Positions 1 to 13,995 of a stretch of 64,000 bases of DNA are shown piece by piece (position 1 is the stretch's first letter; every line of letters begins with the position of its first letter). The position numbers and the translations under genes were made by a program. The stretch is from the human T2T-CHM13v2.0 reference genome, Homo sapiens. The notes under the pieces are model-generated. The model had not been told where the DNA came from, did no database searches, and worked only from the letters and a program-made list of their open reading frames with translations. The DNA lies in NCBI RefSeq assembly GCF_009914755.1, contig NC_060928.1; one strand, written 5' to 3'.

Positions 1-461
1 TGAGGCCATTGACTATGTCTTCCATTTCTTTGAATGAGTATATACTTATCCAAGACACTACACGCTGAAAATATTCAATGATAATTTTATGATTTTTTAG
101 CTGCTCAGTATCCAGCAGAATTACTTAAAGAATAGGTGTTCTAAGGTCTAAATGTTTATTTGAATTTGTAACATAGGAAGGCACAATGTTGCTTTTTAAA
201 GTGTTTTTTATACCCACATCTTAAATTTATGGATGAGAATTGTTCTACTTATAAGGAAAGACTTCTTCTTCATGGCAATATGATAGATGAGACTAAGATC
301 TGCTGGGATTCTGAATTTTGCAGAGACTAATAATAGACGACAGATTAAGAATAATTGACAGTGTCATCTTGAAGTGTTATAATAACACAAGAAAGGGCTT
401 CGAGAGACAGCTGGAAGAGAAGGCAAGATACTGTCAGAGGGAAGTAAGTGCTTTTGTAGGC

Positions 462-591
462 ATTAGGCTTCAAATCTAGCTTTAATAAGCTTTCAATGCT
501 TGAGTTGAGTAGAAAATATTTTTCATATTTTTCATGTTTTATATTCAACTCAAGCATTGGAAGCTTATTAAAGCTAGATTTGAAACCTAAT
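462..591. repeat. Long inverted repeat (58-bp arms, 14-nt spacer)
   Basis: 462-519 is the reverse complement of 534-591 at 53/58 positions (aligned by hand). Confidence 0.95.
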
Positions 592-1129
592 TAGATTTTC
601 AAAACAAACAGTTTTCATAGTAGGCTTTTCCCACTTTCTCACATCACAAACCACATAATATGCTTTAATACAATTCAGGAGAATGGGTAGTTTATATTTA
701 GACGATGGCTAAAAGAGATCAGTAATCAATCGATATGTTATATAGTTATCACAAGCTTGTAAGTTAGTGACATGTATATGTTAAATTTAGGCACGGATTG
801 AGCTAGAGCCAAATACTTAATAAAGAAATTAAAATGTCTATGCCCCTCTTATTTTTACCTATTAGTTTGAAACACCTTATAAAACAATAAATGGCATATT
901 CTAATTAGCATGCCTTATAATGAGTTGGAGAAGTGTTAATTAGCTTAATTCCATTAGCTTTTAAATACAAAGCAATAATGTAAAAATGCGTGTTATTTGA
1001 AATTTGGAGATTAAACATAATAAAATTATGGTTTATATAAAGGATAGGTATGCCAGGAAGAAAAATAATCTAGGTACTTCATAAGAATTTCACCGAATTA
1101 AGTTACATAGATATCTGTTATAGAAATAT

Positions 1130-1290
1130 ACACTGAATTGTGGGCTCTAATTACTAAAATTTAGCCCTAGCCTCACTCTTCCCTAGCTATGTGAATCCGA
1201 AATTTTATCCTCTTTTAACCTGTTTCAGTCTTACTTTAAGGATTAAATGAAACAGTATATGTCAAAATATCTTATATATTATAAACACTA
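1130..1290 (+). mobile_element. MIR-like SINE fragment
   Basis: 'ctcactcttccctagctatgtga...cctgtttc...aaggattaaatgaaacagtatatgtcaaa' resembles a degenerate MIR core. Confidence 0.5.
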
Positions 1291-4200
1291 TACAGTTTGT
1301 ACTACAGAGGATCAGCTATCCACAAAGATTCATTTTCTTACTGGCATATATATAATTGTTTGCCCTTAGCAAGGCATAACATCTCTTTGTCTCTTATGTA
1401 TGGAGAATCTAGTTCTCAACAAAGATGTGTATAGGTAAACTATGTAACATTTCCAAGTCTTAGGTCTTATAAAACAAGTGCCTTTTGTATGATTTCTTTG
1501 TCTCTCTACTTGCTGAAGACAGAGCATTTGGGAGATCTGAATGAGTCTGGGTCCCTGAGTAATTCAATAGAAAGATATATTCCAGTCACTATCATCTTCA
1601 TGGACCTTATTATGAGCAAGAAATGAGTAATAGTGCTAATAATATTAATAATTAATATAATTAATAAATAATACTAATAATTATTAATGTTAAAATAGTC
1701 AAAATATTTGTTGTTATATAATATAGTATTGTTACAGAATCAAATAAATTTATCCAGGTATTTTTATTTATACTTTTTGTAGCTACATATTACCACATTT
1801 ATTTGTATTAAGCATATATATTCTTTGAAGTGCTTTTGTGATAAAGAGATGCCAAGATTTTTATACATCACATAAAGAATAATTTTAAAAAATTATTATA
1901 CATTTTAATTTTATAATCTTTGAAATAAAGATGTTTGGAAGTATAAAGGAATATATTTCAAATGACTGAGGCTTTAGAAGTGAATGAGTATAAATACAGT
2001 CACATTAATATGACTCCTTGAACTGCTGTACCTCTTTTCCCCTATCTGTTGACCCTAGATATTGGATATTTGCCAAGTTTCCTATTCCTGTGTAGTAGAG
2101 GGGCTACCCAAGGAAAAATTCACTTTTTTCCGCACTGCTTTGCTGAATTCCCATTTCCCTCTCCTGCTGCCCTTTATTTTCCTCTACCACGCATCATGCA
2201 TGAAATCTGCAGACATCCCTGCTAGCTCAGCTGGGACACTACAGGAGCAAGCAGACTTGATGGTACCACAGATCTGCCACTGCAAACTAAATTTTATTTC
2301 AGGCTACAGATAAGCTGAGCTGCAGATTTCTGATGCTTTGCTTAACAACACTCTTGCAAAGTGAGGAGAATAACTTCCCTTCCGTCTGTGTTGTACTCAA
2401 TTAAATGGTAAAAGGATGTTGTAATCTATTCTATATGAAGAGTCATAGAAGTTTTGCCTGGAACCTGCAGAAACACATCAATGAAAATTACCTCATTTTA
2501 ACCAATACTTTTTCTCTCTTTATTTTTTTCTTTTTCCTTTCTTCCTTTTTTCTTTTTTTTTTTTTTTTAAGGAAAATGCATTTTCTAAATCCACATGAAT
2601 TTCCAGTATCTCTGGGCCTCTAAAGTTCCAAGTAACTGACATATGGTAAACCAATACATATTACTTCCCTTTAGACTCTTGAGCTGTATTGCTAACAAAA
2701 GCTTTTAATCCCGGACTCTTATTCATAGAATCATTGCCTATCCCTGCAATGTCTCCAATTATTTCTATTAGAAGATCTTTATATGTCTGAATCTTTTACG
2801 TTAATTAGAGTTCACGTGATTTCCCTCGTCCTAACCAAGCAAGGAGACTTTATGCAAAACTTTGTTCACAGATAGATAGTCAGTGAAAGAGTGTTGCATA
2901 TCTTCAGTTGACAGATGAATCTTATCCTTGTCTCTGGTCCAACCTGTATAATGTGTTTCAAGAATGAACATTGCTATCTGAATTTATTTGCCTGTTCTTT
3001 CAGAAAATATTTAAGATTGTATTGCTTTTCTGGAAGAAAGCTTAGTTTTAAGCTAATTTTCTTTAAAGTAGTTCATCCATCTCTAATGGTACCTCTAATT
3101 TTATGCAGGGTGAGGATGAAATATGCACATCTCATGTGGAAATAATCTTTTTCAGGAGTAAAACCAAATTAAAGAAAAAAATGTTTAAGTAACTACCCAT
3201 GAGGGATAATCCTTTAATGCATTAACTAGCTGACAATCATTCATGAAACACGAAATTCTGCAAGTTTAAAAAAAGAGAATTTCTATATTCTTCTTTCAAG
3301 TTTATTCTGAGTTATAATCTGTAGAAATTGATTTTAAAAGGTATGAAGTAATAACTGAAGTCTAGAAGTAGAAGTTTTATATTAGAAATATTATTTTCAA
3401 ATTATTAATGGCAGTGGTACTTTTAAGTACACAGATACAGAAGAAAACTGTAAAGAAGGAAGAAAATAAAATATATTCCATTCTTAGGAGTATAATCATT
3501 TCAAGCACAATCACATGCAAAAAAACTATTTTAGAATGTTTAAAGAAAAGTAGCAGCTCATTGAAAGGCCAGTTTGCATTATTCTATTTCACATTTCCAA
3601 AAATTCCTGACATTTATATATTACATAAAGGCAGCACAGTGAACATCTCCAAAGGGAGGTAGTGGGTTTTCTGATGCAGTAAGTGTTATAAAGGACAGTC
3701 ATCTTGCAGTTTTAGATGGAGTCAATAAGTATATTACCATGTAAGCACTTTTCATGACAGAAATTCAATAATCACTTGTTTAACCTGGATTGCACACCAT
3801 AGAATTGTAAAAACCTTATAACCTATCTAGTAGGACGAGTAAGTTAGCATACATCTAGAAATATTGCTGTTTTTAAAGAGAAATGATTTCAATAGAAAAT
3901 ATCCAGGTAATTTATATATACGTATGTATTTTTGCATACATGCCTATACACATGTAGTTTTCATATGTGTACATGTATGTATATGAGAATATGTATCTAA
4001 TAACATTTTTATGAGAAAGAATTCAGAAAATATTTATTGTGATTACCTATACACAGAAAAGGTACATGTCAATACATATTATCCAAATTAGAAGGAGCAG
4101 TAGACATTAAGAAAATCAGTAATATTGTAAATAAGAGACTGTGAGAAATTCTCAAAGAGGAGGAGAAATTTTGTCCTATTGTCCTAGGATTCAAATGAAC

Positions 4201-7200
4201 ACATAATTTGAATTATGTTTATAATTTAAAATTTCTATACAAGGTATTATTATGTTTAATAAATATACATTGGGTATCAAGTACACATATATATTTATTA
4301 TTTCAGTTGGTTGTTACAGAAACCCTGTGAGAATGGTAAGGCAGTTATTTTTCTACCTTCTTTATAAGAAAAATTATCAGGTCAAATGACTAAAAAAGTA
4401 AAATACTCTTCCCCAAGACTGTTCCTTTCTTTTGAAAGCAGAGGTTCTGCTAAAAGGATACTGCACATAATTAATATGTACCCCAAATATGTTCTGAAAG
4501 GTGTAGAAAAGGAAGGAAAGGAGTTTCTATCTTACACTAGATTAAAGTTAAATGCTCTTATATTGCCAATTAACATATCAAAAGAAGGTTTTTCAAAATA
4601 ATAAACAAAACATTTCAATCTAGACAAAGTACTCTCTAGACAAAAGGGAGGTACTATTACTGAAACATTATTATTTACTAATTTTTTTTCAAAATAAAAA
4701 AATCATATGTTGGGGAATATTAAATATATTTAATATTCAATATTTTTCCCAAGTAAGATTATTTACAACTTTAGTTAACAGTATTTATTTAATGTAATTT
4801 CAAAATATAAGAAGAATGAGATTATATTGATAAAAACAAATATTTGAAATGAAATATTGTGGATACATTTTGAAACTCTGTATTAGCATCAATATCTGGT
4901 CCTATTTCTGCATTTTATTTTTATTGTTTGGAACAAAGAAAACACTGCTTCAAGCATAATATAGAAAATGATAGCAGACTACCATTTTTAATAACTCGCC
5001 TGCAACTTTTATGAAATTTTCATTAAATGCCAATCAAAATATCTAAATGAAAAGTAGTAGGACATGTTTGCTTCTAAATGAGTCATTAGCAATATTTAAT
5101 ACCTACTTATATTCCTTACTTACACATTAAAGTAACCAACATCTTCCAAATGATAATCAACTATTAAATTGCGTGTGATGTGCTATTGTCACTATAGCAC
5201 ATGCTGTTTACTAGACAATTAACAATTATGCTATGATAATGTATTAAAGAGGGATTATTTATAAACTATATTCATTTGGTTAAAGAACATATTAATAAAT
5301 ATTGTATTATTTTATTCAGTCACCAACACTTGGATTCAAAACAAAATAAAATACGTATCAGTATACAAGTATTAAGTTTCAGATTTACGTAGGAATTTAA
5401 AATGTATGCAGAGAAAGGGGAAAAGCCATATTCTAAGGCATGCAGAAAAAATATCAATCAGATAGCACAAGTTACTATATTTATGGTATCCAGAGCAACA
5501 TATACCCAATGGAATGTAGGTGTTTGTAGTGTGTGTGCTATTAGTGGTGATATGAAAACTTTAAACAGTTAAATCTTTTTAAATATTGAAATTTGAGCCA
5601 AATAATTTTACAATAAGGAAATCTGAAAAAAAAAAATCCTTCTAAGTCTTTAGGAAAATTTAACAACATCTGGAAATAAAGAAATGAGCATAAAACAAAA
5701 TGCATTCATTCATCAAGGTCATTACTAAGAAAAAATATGGCCTGAAAGTTTTAAACACCTTCCTAATCACATAATTTTTGACTAAAGCATGACTTTAGCA
5801 CCAGGTGGAATAATGTCTACCATTAATTTTTTATTTCCTTTAAGCAAAGCACGGATATTTAAATGACTTAAGTGCTGGTAATATAATTTCCGTGTCTTCT
5901 GACTTGCAATAAAAATACAAAAATCAATACCTTTTAGATTGGGAGACCCCTATTTTAAAACTTTATTGCCCATTACCCGTTAATGTTTGCTTGTCAGTAC
6001 ACATTAATGTTTTGCCCTTGATCTCCTCTTTCATTTCTACCTATTTCCTTCCCTATACACTCTGCTGCACACACATACACCTCTCTTGTGACCTCATCAC
6101 TTTTTCCTGTTTTTGCTTGCAGCATTGTTGTCCTCCATAACTTTGCTCACTTGAGAAAGTGAGCACATTTCTGCAACCACTATAATAACTCTCTTTTTGG
6201 TTAACATGGTTTACTACTGATAAATAGGAATGGGTTAATGACTTTCAACTCTTTTAACATGCAAGAAAGATGTGATAAACTATTAGCTCTAGAAACAAAC
6301 TTTCTAAACATTATTATACTTTATCATTTCACCACAAACATAAATTTTTACGACTACACATTACCCATTTGTTCTCATGTCAATTATCTTAAATATTGAT
6401 TGTTTTTTGAGTCATTTGTCATAAAATTTATTGAGTACAGAATACTAACCACTTGAAAATAAAGACAACTCTTAAAATCACTTACATGTAAAAAATGGAA
6501 AATATATTATAGAGTTGTCGTAAACCTAACTTTATTTTAGAAAATTGTTGATAACTTTCCCTAACCCTTTAAATTTTAGATACCTTTGAAAACAACTTGA
6601 TTTGGAGTATAACTGTATTGTTCTTCTGTTTCATCATTATATACTTTACTTCTTAATGAGACTGAATAACCAATACAATGGAACCACTATTTTCAAGGTC
6701 GAACACTATTCACTATGTCTTTCACAACACACACAGAATAACCATCATGGAATTTTGAAGGATTTTCCTCCTTTCCTAGATATTTATTGTACTGAAAATA
6801 AGTTTCTATCTTAGTTTTTACTCTCACTGACATATTTGTAAAATAATACATTCTGCTTACTCTTCTTTTCTACATCTCAGTTAGCTGTAATTACTCATAC
6901 ATTAAAATAAAGAAAGGTAAAATAGTACACTTTCTGGAATTTTTTTAAAAAGCAGATCTTCTATAGATTGTGACCAATTATTTTGTATGTATTATGAAAC
7001 CTATTTGTAACAATAAACCATTTCAGTAAAAACATCAATGTCATTTATTATGCTGTTAAAATTAATGATAATAGGAGCTTAAAAATCAAAGTTTATTTTT
7101 TCATAAGCCAATATTCATCCATTCAATTTTGAAAATCATTATATACATGGTATATATTCTCATTCAAGTAATTTCAGTGAGCTTAATTAATGTTATCTGC

Positions 7201-8414
7201 TTATTTATATTCTACAAAATCTATCTTCTATTTTTAGGTGGGTACTTTAAAATCATTCTCACATTTCAGATTACAGTTATTATATGCACAGGTCAATAAA
7301 CCATATCATTAAAAATGTTTCCTGTTGTCACACAAGTTCTCTTGTATTATCTAAAGCTTTTATAAAGAAAACCTATGCTGACAAGATAAAGAAATGCATT
7401 ATGCTTTCTAGTTAAAACTGCTATACAGAGCTGCAATCTATTATACATCTGAGAGTCATGAAAGTACTGAAACAACTTTACCATGTCATGCCTAATAATT
7501 GTGTAATAAAAAAGCTATGTTATTTCAGCACATAAAATTGTTTAAAGTGATTAATTTTCTGAAGACTTAAATTGAAAACGCATGAGAATTATTAAGCCCA
7601 TGCCTGATCTGGGTTTGTGGAAATATATCATTGTACTTACCTGAAATGTCTCTTAAATTGTAGCTCTTTTGTGTGTTTGCTTCTTTTAAATTATTAAGAT
7701 ACATATGCATATCTGTAATTTTATTATGAATATATTATCCAACGAATAACCTAAAATATATAAATATATTTGCATATTGCTAAGTTTTTTTCTTTCTCTC
7801 TCAAAACTACTCAGATCTCTTTAAATATTTCAATAGAAAATAGAAAAAGATGGCTCTTCAATATCATATTAATTTATCATGAATTGTTACAAACTGCTAA
7901 TACCTCTATAAACCATCCTCAATATTGTTAAACTATAGTTTCTATGTTGTTCACTACTCACTCTTTCAGTTTATTTACATGAAAAAATAAATTGATTGAC
8001 CCTGAGGAGACTGGTGCTTTCATCTCTTCCTCCAAGGTTGAAGACTCTCAGTCTCTCACCTAAGCATTGATGTTAGGCCTCTGTTCATGCTGTTGGTGAA
8101 TCTTAATAGAACCTCTTGGCCCACCTTCTTACTTCTTCCATTGCCCAAAGCATCTCTGAAACCTATTGCTGTATGTGATAGATCATTACCAGGTGTTTGA
8201 CAGTAAAAGAGGGTAATTACTACACAGGCAGAAAACAACTTTAAATTGAAAGCTGTGTCTGGTTGTTTATAAAGTCTCAGTGGTTAGGCCATCACAGCAC
8301 GGAAGAAGATACAAACATCCCCTCAGTATGACGTAATTCACCCTGCCCCAGCCCTTCCTGCCCACCTCAGCCTTACCTCCACTTTCTTCCCATATTATCT
8401 TCCATTGTATCTAC

Positions 8415-8662
8415 TCTCTCTATATATATATACACATACATATACATATATATACACATATATATACACACATATATTTTATATATATTATATATTATAT
8501 ATAATATATTTTATATATCATATATTTTATATATTATATATATTATATATATTATATATTATATATATTTTATATAATATATAATATATTTTATATATTT
8601 TATATATAATATATTTTTTATATAAAAATATATATTTTATATATATTAAAATATATATATAT
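8415..8662. repeat. (TA)n / AT-rich low-complexity tract forming the tail of the adjacent Alu
   Basis: ~250 bp of TATA/TATAT/CATA units that run directly into the 3' end of a minus-strand Alu. Confidence 0.95.
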
Positions 8663-8935
<273 letters not shown>

Positions 8936-9784
8936 TATCCACTCTATTTTTAAACCATCACCTGTCAAGCCCCAAATCCCTGTTGCATTGTTTTACAAAA
9001 CAATTTAATCCTTATTTATTTAAATACTTTCTGCGAAGGTAATAACAAACAAGCGTTGCTTTTCATCACCGAAGAGGCAAAGCAAGGTATGTTTTGGTTT
9101 GTTTTAACAAAGGTAAATTTTCTTTCTGTGAATAATTCTGCCACCCTCTTGGAACAAGTCATTTAAACTGCCAGCAACTTTTAAAAATAACATTTTTTTC
9201 TTCCCTTTTTGCTAACTTGGTCAGCACAGAGCATTCAGTCAAAACTCATTCATTTACATTACACTGTAATAAGAGTGCCTACCCTTTTCACAGAGTGAAA
9301 AAACAGATGTCATTCTAAAATTTATGACTGTTTTTCTAAAAAAAAAAATTCTTTTTATTTTGATATTGTGATAAAGTAACACAGTCAATTAAATAAAAAT
9401 TTTCAACATTTAACTTTTTTAATATATTCACTGCTATCACTATTTTTATTTCTATCGACATGTTAATTGCAATATAACTAGATCTATCAGTGAAATATAA
9501 CTGGATCTGTCCATCTATGGACTTTTTGTTAATAATAGAAACTTACATTAAAAAATAGAATGTGAAGGCTACATTTGTAACAATACCTTAATAACATGTT
9601 TGTATACAAAGTTAATTTATTTAATCAATGATACATCTGTCATTTTAATATTCATTATATAAGTTCTTATGGGGAATTTTACTTATAATTTGACCACGAA
9701 TGACAAGCCCACTCTCCTAGTTTAATATTTATCCAGCTAAACTGTTAAATGTTTGCAAAATAGGAGGTACTGTATTGTTTCTGG

Positions 9785-10081
9785 TTTTTTTTTTTTTTTT
9801 TAGAAAGTGGGTGTTGCTCTGTTTCTCCATCTGGAGTACAGTGGCAGAGTCATAGCTTGCTGCAGCCTGGAACTCCTGGACTCAAGTGATTCTCCTGCAT
9901 TAGGCTCCCACGTAGCTGGGACTACAGATGTGTGCAACCATGCTAATTTTTGAAAACAAATTTAGGGATGGGAGCCTCCCTGTGTTGCCCAGGATGGTCT
10001 TGAACTCCTGGCCTCAAGCAATCCTCCCACCACATCCTCCCGAGTAGTTGGGATTACAGGCATGAGTCACCACACCCAGCT
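9785..10081 (-). mobile_element. Alu (AluJ-like)
   Basis: Poly-T followed by a divergent antisense Alu with AluJ-type wording (catagcttgctgcagcctggaactcctggactcaag). Confidence 0.92.
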
Positions 10082-11464
10082 AAAAATAGAAGGTACTGCT
10101 AATGAAGATTCTGATAGCTGCATCATCCCATTATTTTTTTTTTCTAGAACTGCTGATTTTTGACAAAGTATTTCTTTTTTGGTCTAACATTCACATAAAC
10201 TTTATATTCTGGCATCATCGTATGCCAGACATATCTGAATGAAGATAAAAAAGGATTATTCATAAAATTATCAGAGACTATTAATTAATCCTGTTTTTAA
10301 TGAACACTAAGGCAAAACAAAACAAAACAAGACCAGCAAATGCTCAGAAGGCTGCCTCAGTAGAGAAGTGCTAATTGAAGAATCACACCAGTAATGGCAA
10401 ATTTTAAGCATCAAAACTGAAAGAAACCAAAAGTGATAGAATTCCTGAGGAAAATGATTGTCGTTGAAGACGAGAAAGATTTAATACATCAGGAGCAAGT
10501 CAAACAAATAGGAAGGATCAATAAATAGAAATAACTCATGAGAAAACACATTTTCACTCAGTTGCTACATAAAATTTTCCACATGATAAAAGTGTTTGAT
10601 TGGAAGTATTCCAGTAAAGCTTACTCTTCACTCAAAGTGTCCGGAATTTATATTGACATTAGCCCTGAGTATACTTTCATCGATTTAACAAATCTATCGC
10701 TGTTTAGGTATAGCATCTACACTTTTAAAGTACAACAAAAAGACAATTTGTTTTACCTGTAAAGGATTCATTCTTCATCTGTTGTTGTAAAGAATATTAG
10801 ATCTTCTAATTACTAAATAAAATTAAAAGGGAAAGTTGCATATAGGTAATGTGACAAAGTTTCATGATTTCTTTTAATCTTTTGATATTCTTTATAAGAG
10901 AAAAGGCAGAAAGCATCTTTTAAATCTTAGAAAATCATGCATGAGAAATAAACAGATCTGGATCAATAATTGACCATACATTTTAATTTGTGAAAAACAA
11001 TGACTATATTTATTCAAATCTTATCGCACCCCATTAAGTATAAAATATTAACATAGAAGAAGTTGATTGTTAAAGTGTAACATGTAAAAACTTCATTTTT
11101 TCCAATAAATGAAGGTGGCTAATTAACATTCTACCAAGCTGGTTTCACTGTTCTTCATTAGCTGGCTTTCAATTATCCATGTCAAATATATCTTTTCGCT
11201 AAAGGTCTCTGTCAGCAGAGGAACCCACTTAAAATAATTTGTATTCTGTTGGTGTTGGAACAAAGTGTGTAAAACAGAGATGTAACTAGAGACACATCAG
11301 CAAGATTGGAACTCCTCAAAGTTACTGTACCCAGTGTGCCTTGTTCTATGTGTTTCAGATTTCAGCTGAAGTCATTCAGGTAGATTTCAAATTAAATATA
11401 ATCACAGATTGCAAAATGTTATTCCAGGTATTTTCTATAAAATTTTGTCTTGGTCACTTTACAC

Positions 11465-12200
11465 TTTTCTTTAATAAACAATATTTTTATAGTAGCTTTA
11501 GCTTCACAGCAAAATTGAGCAAGAGGTAGAGAGAGTCCCTATATTCCCCTTTCCCCGTTACCAGCAGCCCCCACCAGAGTGGTACATTTGTTACAGTTGA
11601 TAAACTTCCATTGATACAACAATATTATCCAAAGTTTACATTTTTAATAAAGTTCATAGTTGAAATTAGTTTTCATTTTTTGTTCTTGTACATTCTATGC
11701 TTTTGAACAAATGTATAATGACAGATACCACCATTATAGCATCATACATAATAATTTCATTGCCCTAAAAATCCTCTGTACTCTGCCTATTTATTCCTCC
11801 CTCACCTTACCCTCTGCTTTTTAAAAAAAAAAAAATGTCTCCAGAGTTTGCCTTTTCCATCATGTCATACAGTTGGAATCATATAGTATGTAGCCTTTTC
11901 AGGTTGGCTTTTTCCATTTAGTAATATGCAATTACATTTCACCTGTGTCTTTTAATGGTTTGGTAGCTTATTTTTTTTAGGTGCTGAATAATACTTCATT
12001 GTCTGGATATACTACAGTTAATTCATTCACCTAATGAATGACATATTGGTTACTTCCAAGTTTTGCCTATTATAAATAAAGCTGCTAAAAACATCCATGT
12101 GTTGGGTTTTTAGTGGACCTAAGTTTTCAGCTTATTTGGGTAAATACCAAGGAGGTTGATAGCTGAATCATATGGCAGAGGTATATGTAGTTTTATAGTA
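11465..12200 (-). mobile_element. Old L1 (L1M/L1MC-like) 3' end fragment
   Basis: Antisense L1M 3' UTR (ttcacagcaaaattgagc...ccaccagagtggtacatttgttaca) passing into antisense ORF2 C-terminus (gtaaataccaaggagg...tgaatcatatgg). Confidence 0.85.
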
Positions 12201-13359
12201 CTTATTATAGAACATATCTGAGTTAATAGTGTTTCCATCCTAAAAATATTTGCTTTTGGCTTTCCAGACTTAAACCTCAGAACTTTTATCAATGTGGTAT
12301 CATTTTTAATGCTGTTTTCTCACAATGAGTTTACCCAGACCATGCAGGCAATGCCCAGGAAAAACCTAAATCGTTGTAATAACCAGCTTGTGGTTATAAA
12401 TATTCACATATAATTTCTTCAGATAGCGTCTAGCTTAAAACAATCAATTTTAGAAATTGAGTGGATATTTTTATTAATTGAGTCTGTAAGGTACTTCTAC
12501 TTAGATTTAGCTCTAATCCACTGCCTTGTGAGAGTGCAAGTTTTATTTTCAAGCTTTCATGGGCAATATACCAAGTTTCTCAGTTACAGACATCTGGAAT
12601 AACAACATGATTTTATAACTCGGTTTTCAACTACCACTGCCCCATCCCAACCTACTTAAAGTTTTCTTTATTCCTTTGTGAGCTCAACTCTTCATTGCAT
12701 GGATGTTTATTATATTTCATCCAAAACTTTTAAAGCATTTGTAGCAGGCAAATTTTAAAAATGTGTAGATCACTACCTTTCTGATCCCAGAAGACCAGAG
12801 TTGTAAGTTGTGCTATAATTTCTGTGTACAAATTATGTATGGCATACCTATGTGAAAAAATGGACAATTTTTATAACCAAATTATGCACAGAAAATATAT
12901 TAATAAAAATCTCCACTAAATGATTCATAAATCCTCTTTCAGGATGTAGGTTCTAGTTACTAATTCTATTATTAGAATTAGTTATTACCCATTATTATCT
13001 TGCAATCTCTGTTCAATCAGACAGTTTGTTTCAAGAAAAAGACAAACAAGCAAGTAAAAATATCTTATTTTGGCTAGACCTATAATAATTATTCCTTAAG
13101 AATGTCCCCAGGGATTTCACCTCCTTTTCTAAAATGTTCTTTGAAATAATCATTAAACACAATTTAAAAATATTTTAATTATCAACAAAATTGGTAAATT
13201 CTTCATGGCATTGTGGAAACTTTTGTTTTCATCTTCTTTTCAACTTTACTGGAAATGTATTAATCATTTTGTTACTGAAATTGTGAGAAGCCCTAAAAAT
13301 ATATGATTGCTATAAAAACCATCATAATGATTTCCAATATTATCTTCATGTTGTGTTTT

Positions 13360-13995
13360 TAATTAAAATTTTTATTTTGAGAAAATTATAGATGCACATG
13401 CAGTTGAAAGAAATACACATAGATCTTGCATACTTTTTAACCAATTTCCCTCCACCTTGAAAACATATATTAAAATGTCTCTACTAGGATACTGATATGG
13501 TACAAGGAACGTACAGAATAGTTACATTATCACAAAGATCTATTGTGTCATTCTCCTTATTGGTCTTATTTCCAAATACAGAGAAAAAACATTCAATATT
13601 TCCACAATTAAGTGTAATATATTTTGATAAGTATTCTTTATCAAATTGAGAAACTTTTTTTTGCTTAGATTGCCAGAAGTTTTTATCATGAATAGGTGTT
13701 GGATTTTGTCAATGGTTTTGTGTGCATCCATTGATGTGACCAATTGATTTTTCTTCTTTAGCCTGTAAATATGGTGGATTATACAGATTTATTTTTGAAT
13801 ATTGAAGCAGTCTTACACACTTGGAATAAATCCCAGCTGGACATAGTGTATAATTGACAACGGTCTATAATGGTGTATAATTCTATATATATGTGTGTGT
13901 GCATAGGGATGTGTGTTTGTATATTTACATACATACATGATTTGCTAATATTTCCTTGAAGCTCTACATCCAAGTTCATGAGAAATATTGGCAAT
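13360..13995 (-). mobile_element. Old L1 (L1M) fragment: 3' UTR joined to ORF2 RT region
   Basis: Minus-strand ORFs show L1 ORF2 remnants (SMDAHKTIDKIQHLFMIKT; PIFLMNLDVE); an L1M-type 3' terminus lies at 13360-13540. Confidence 0.85.
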
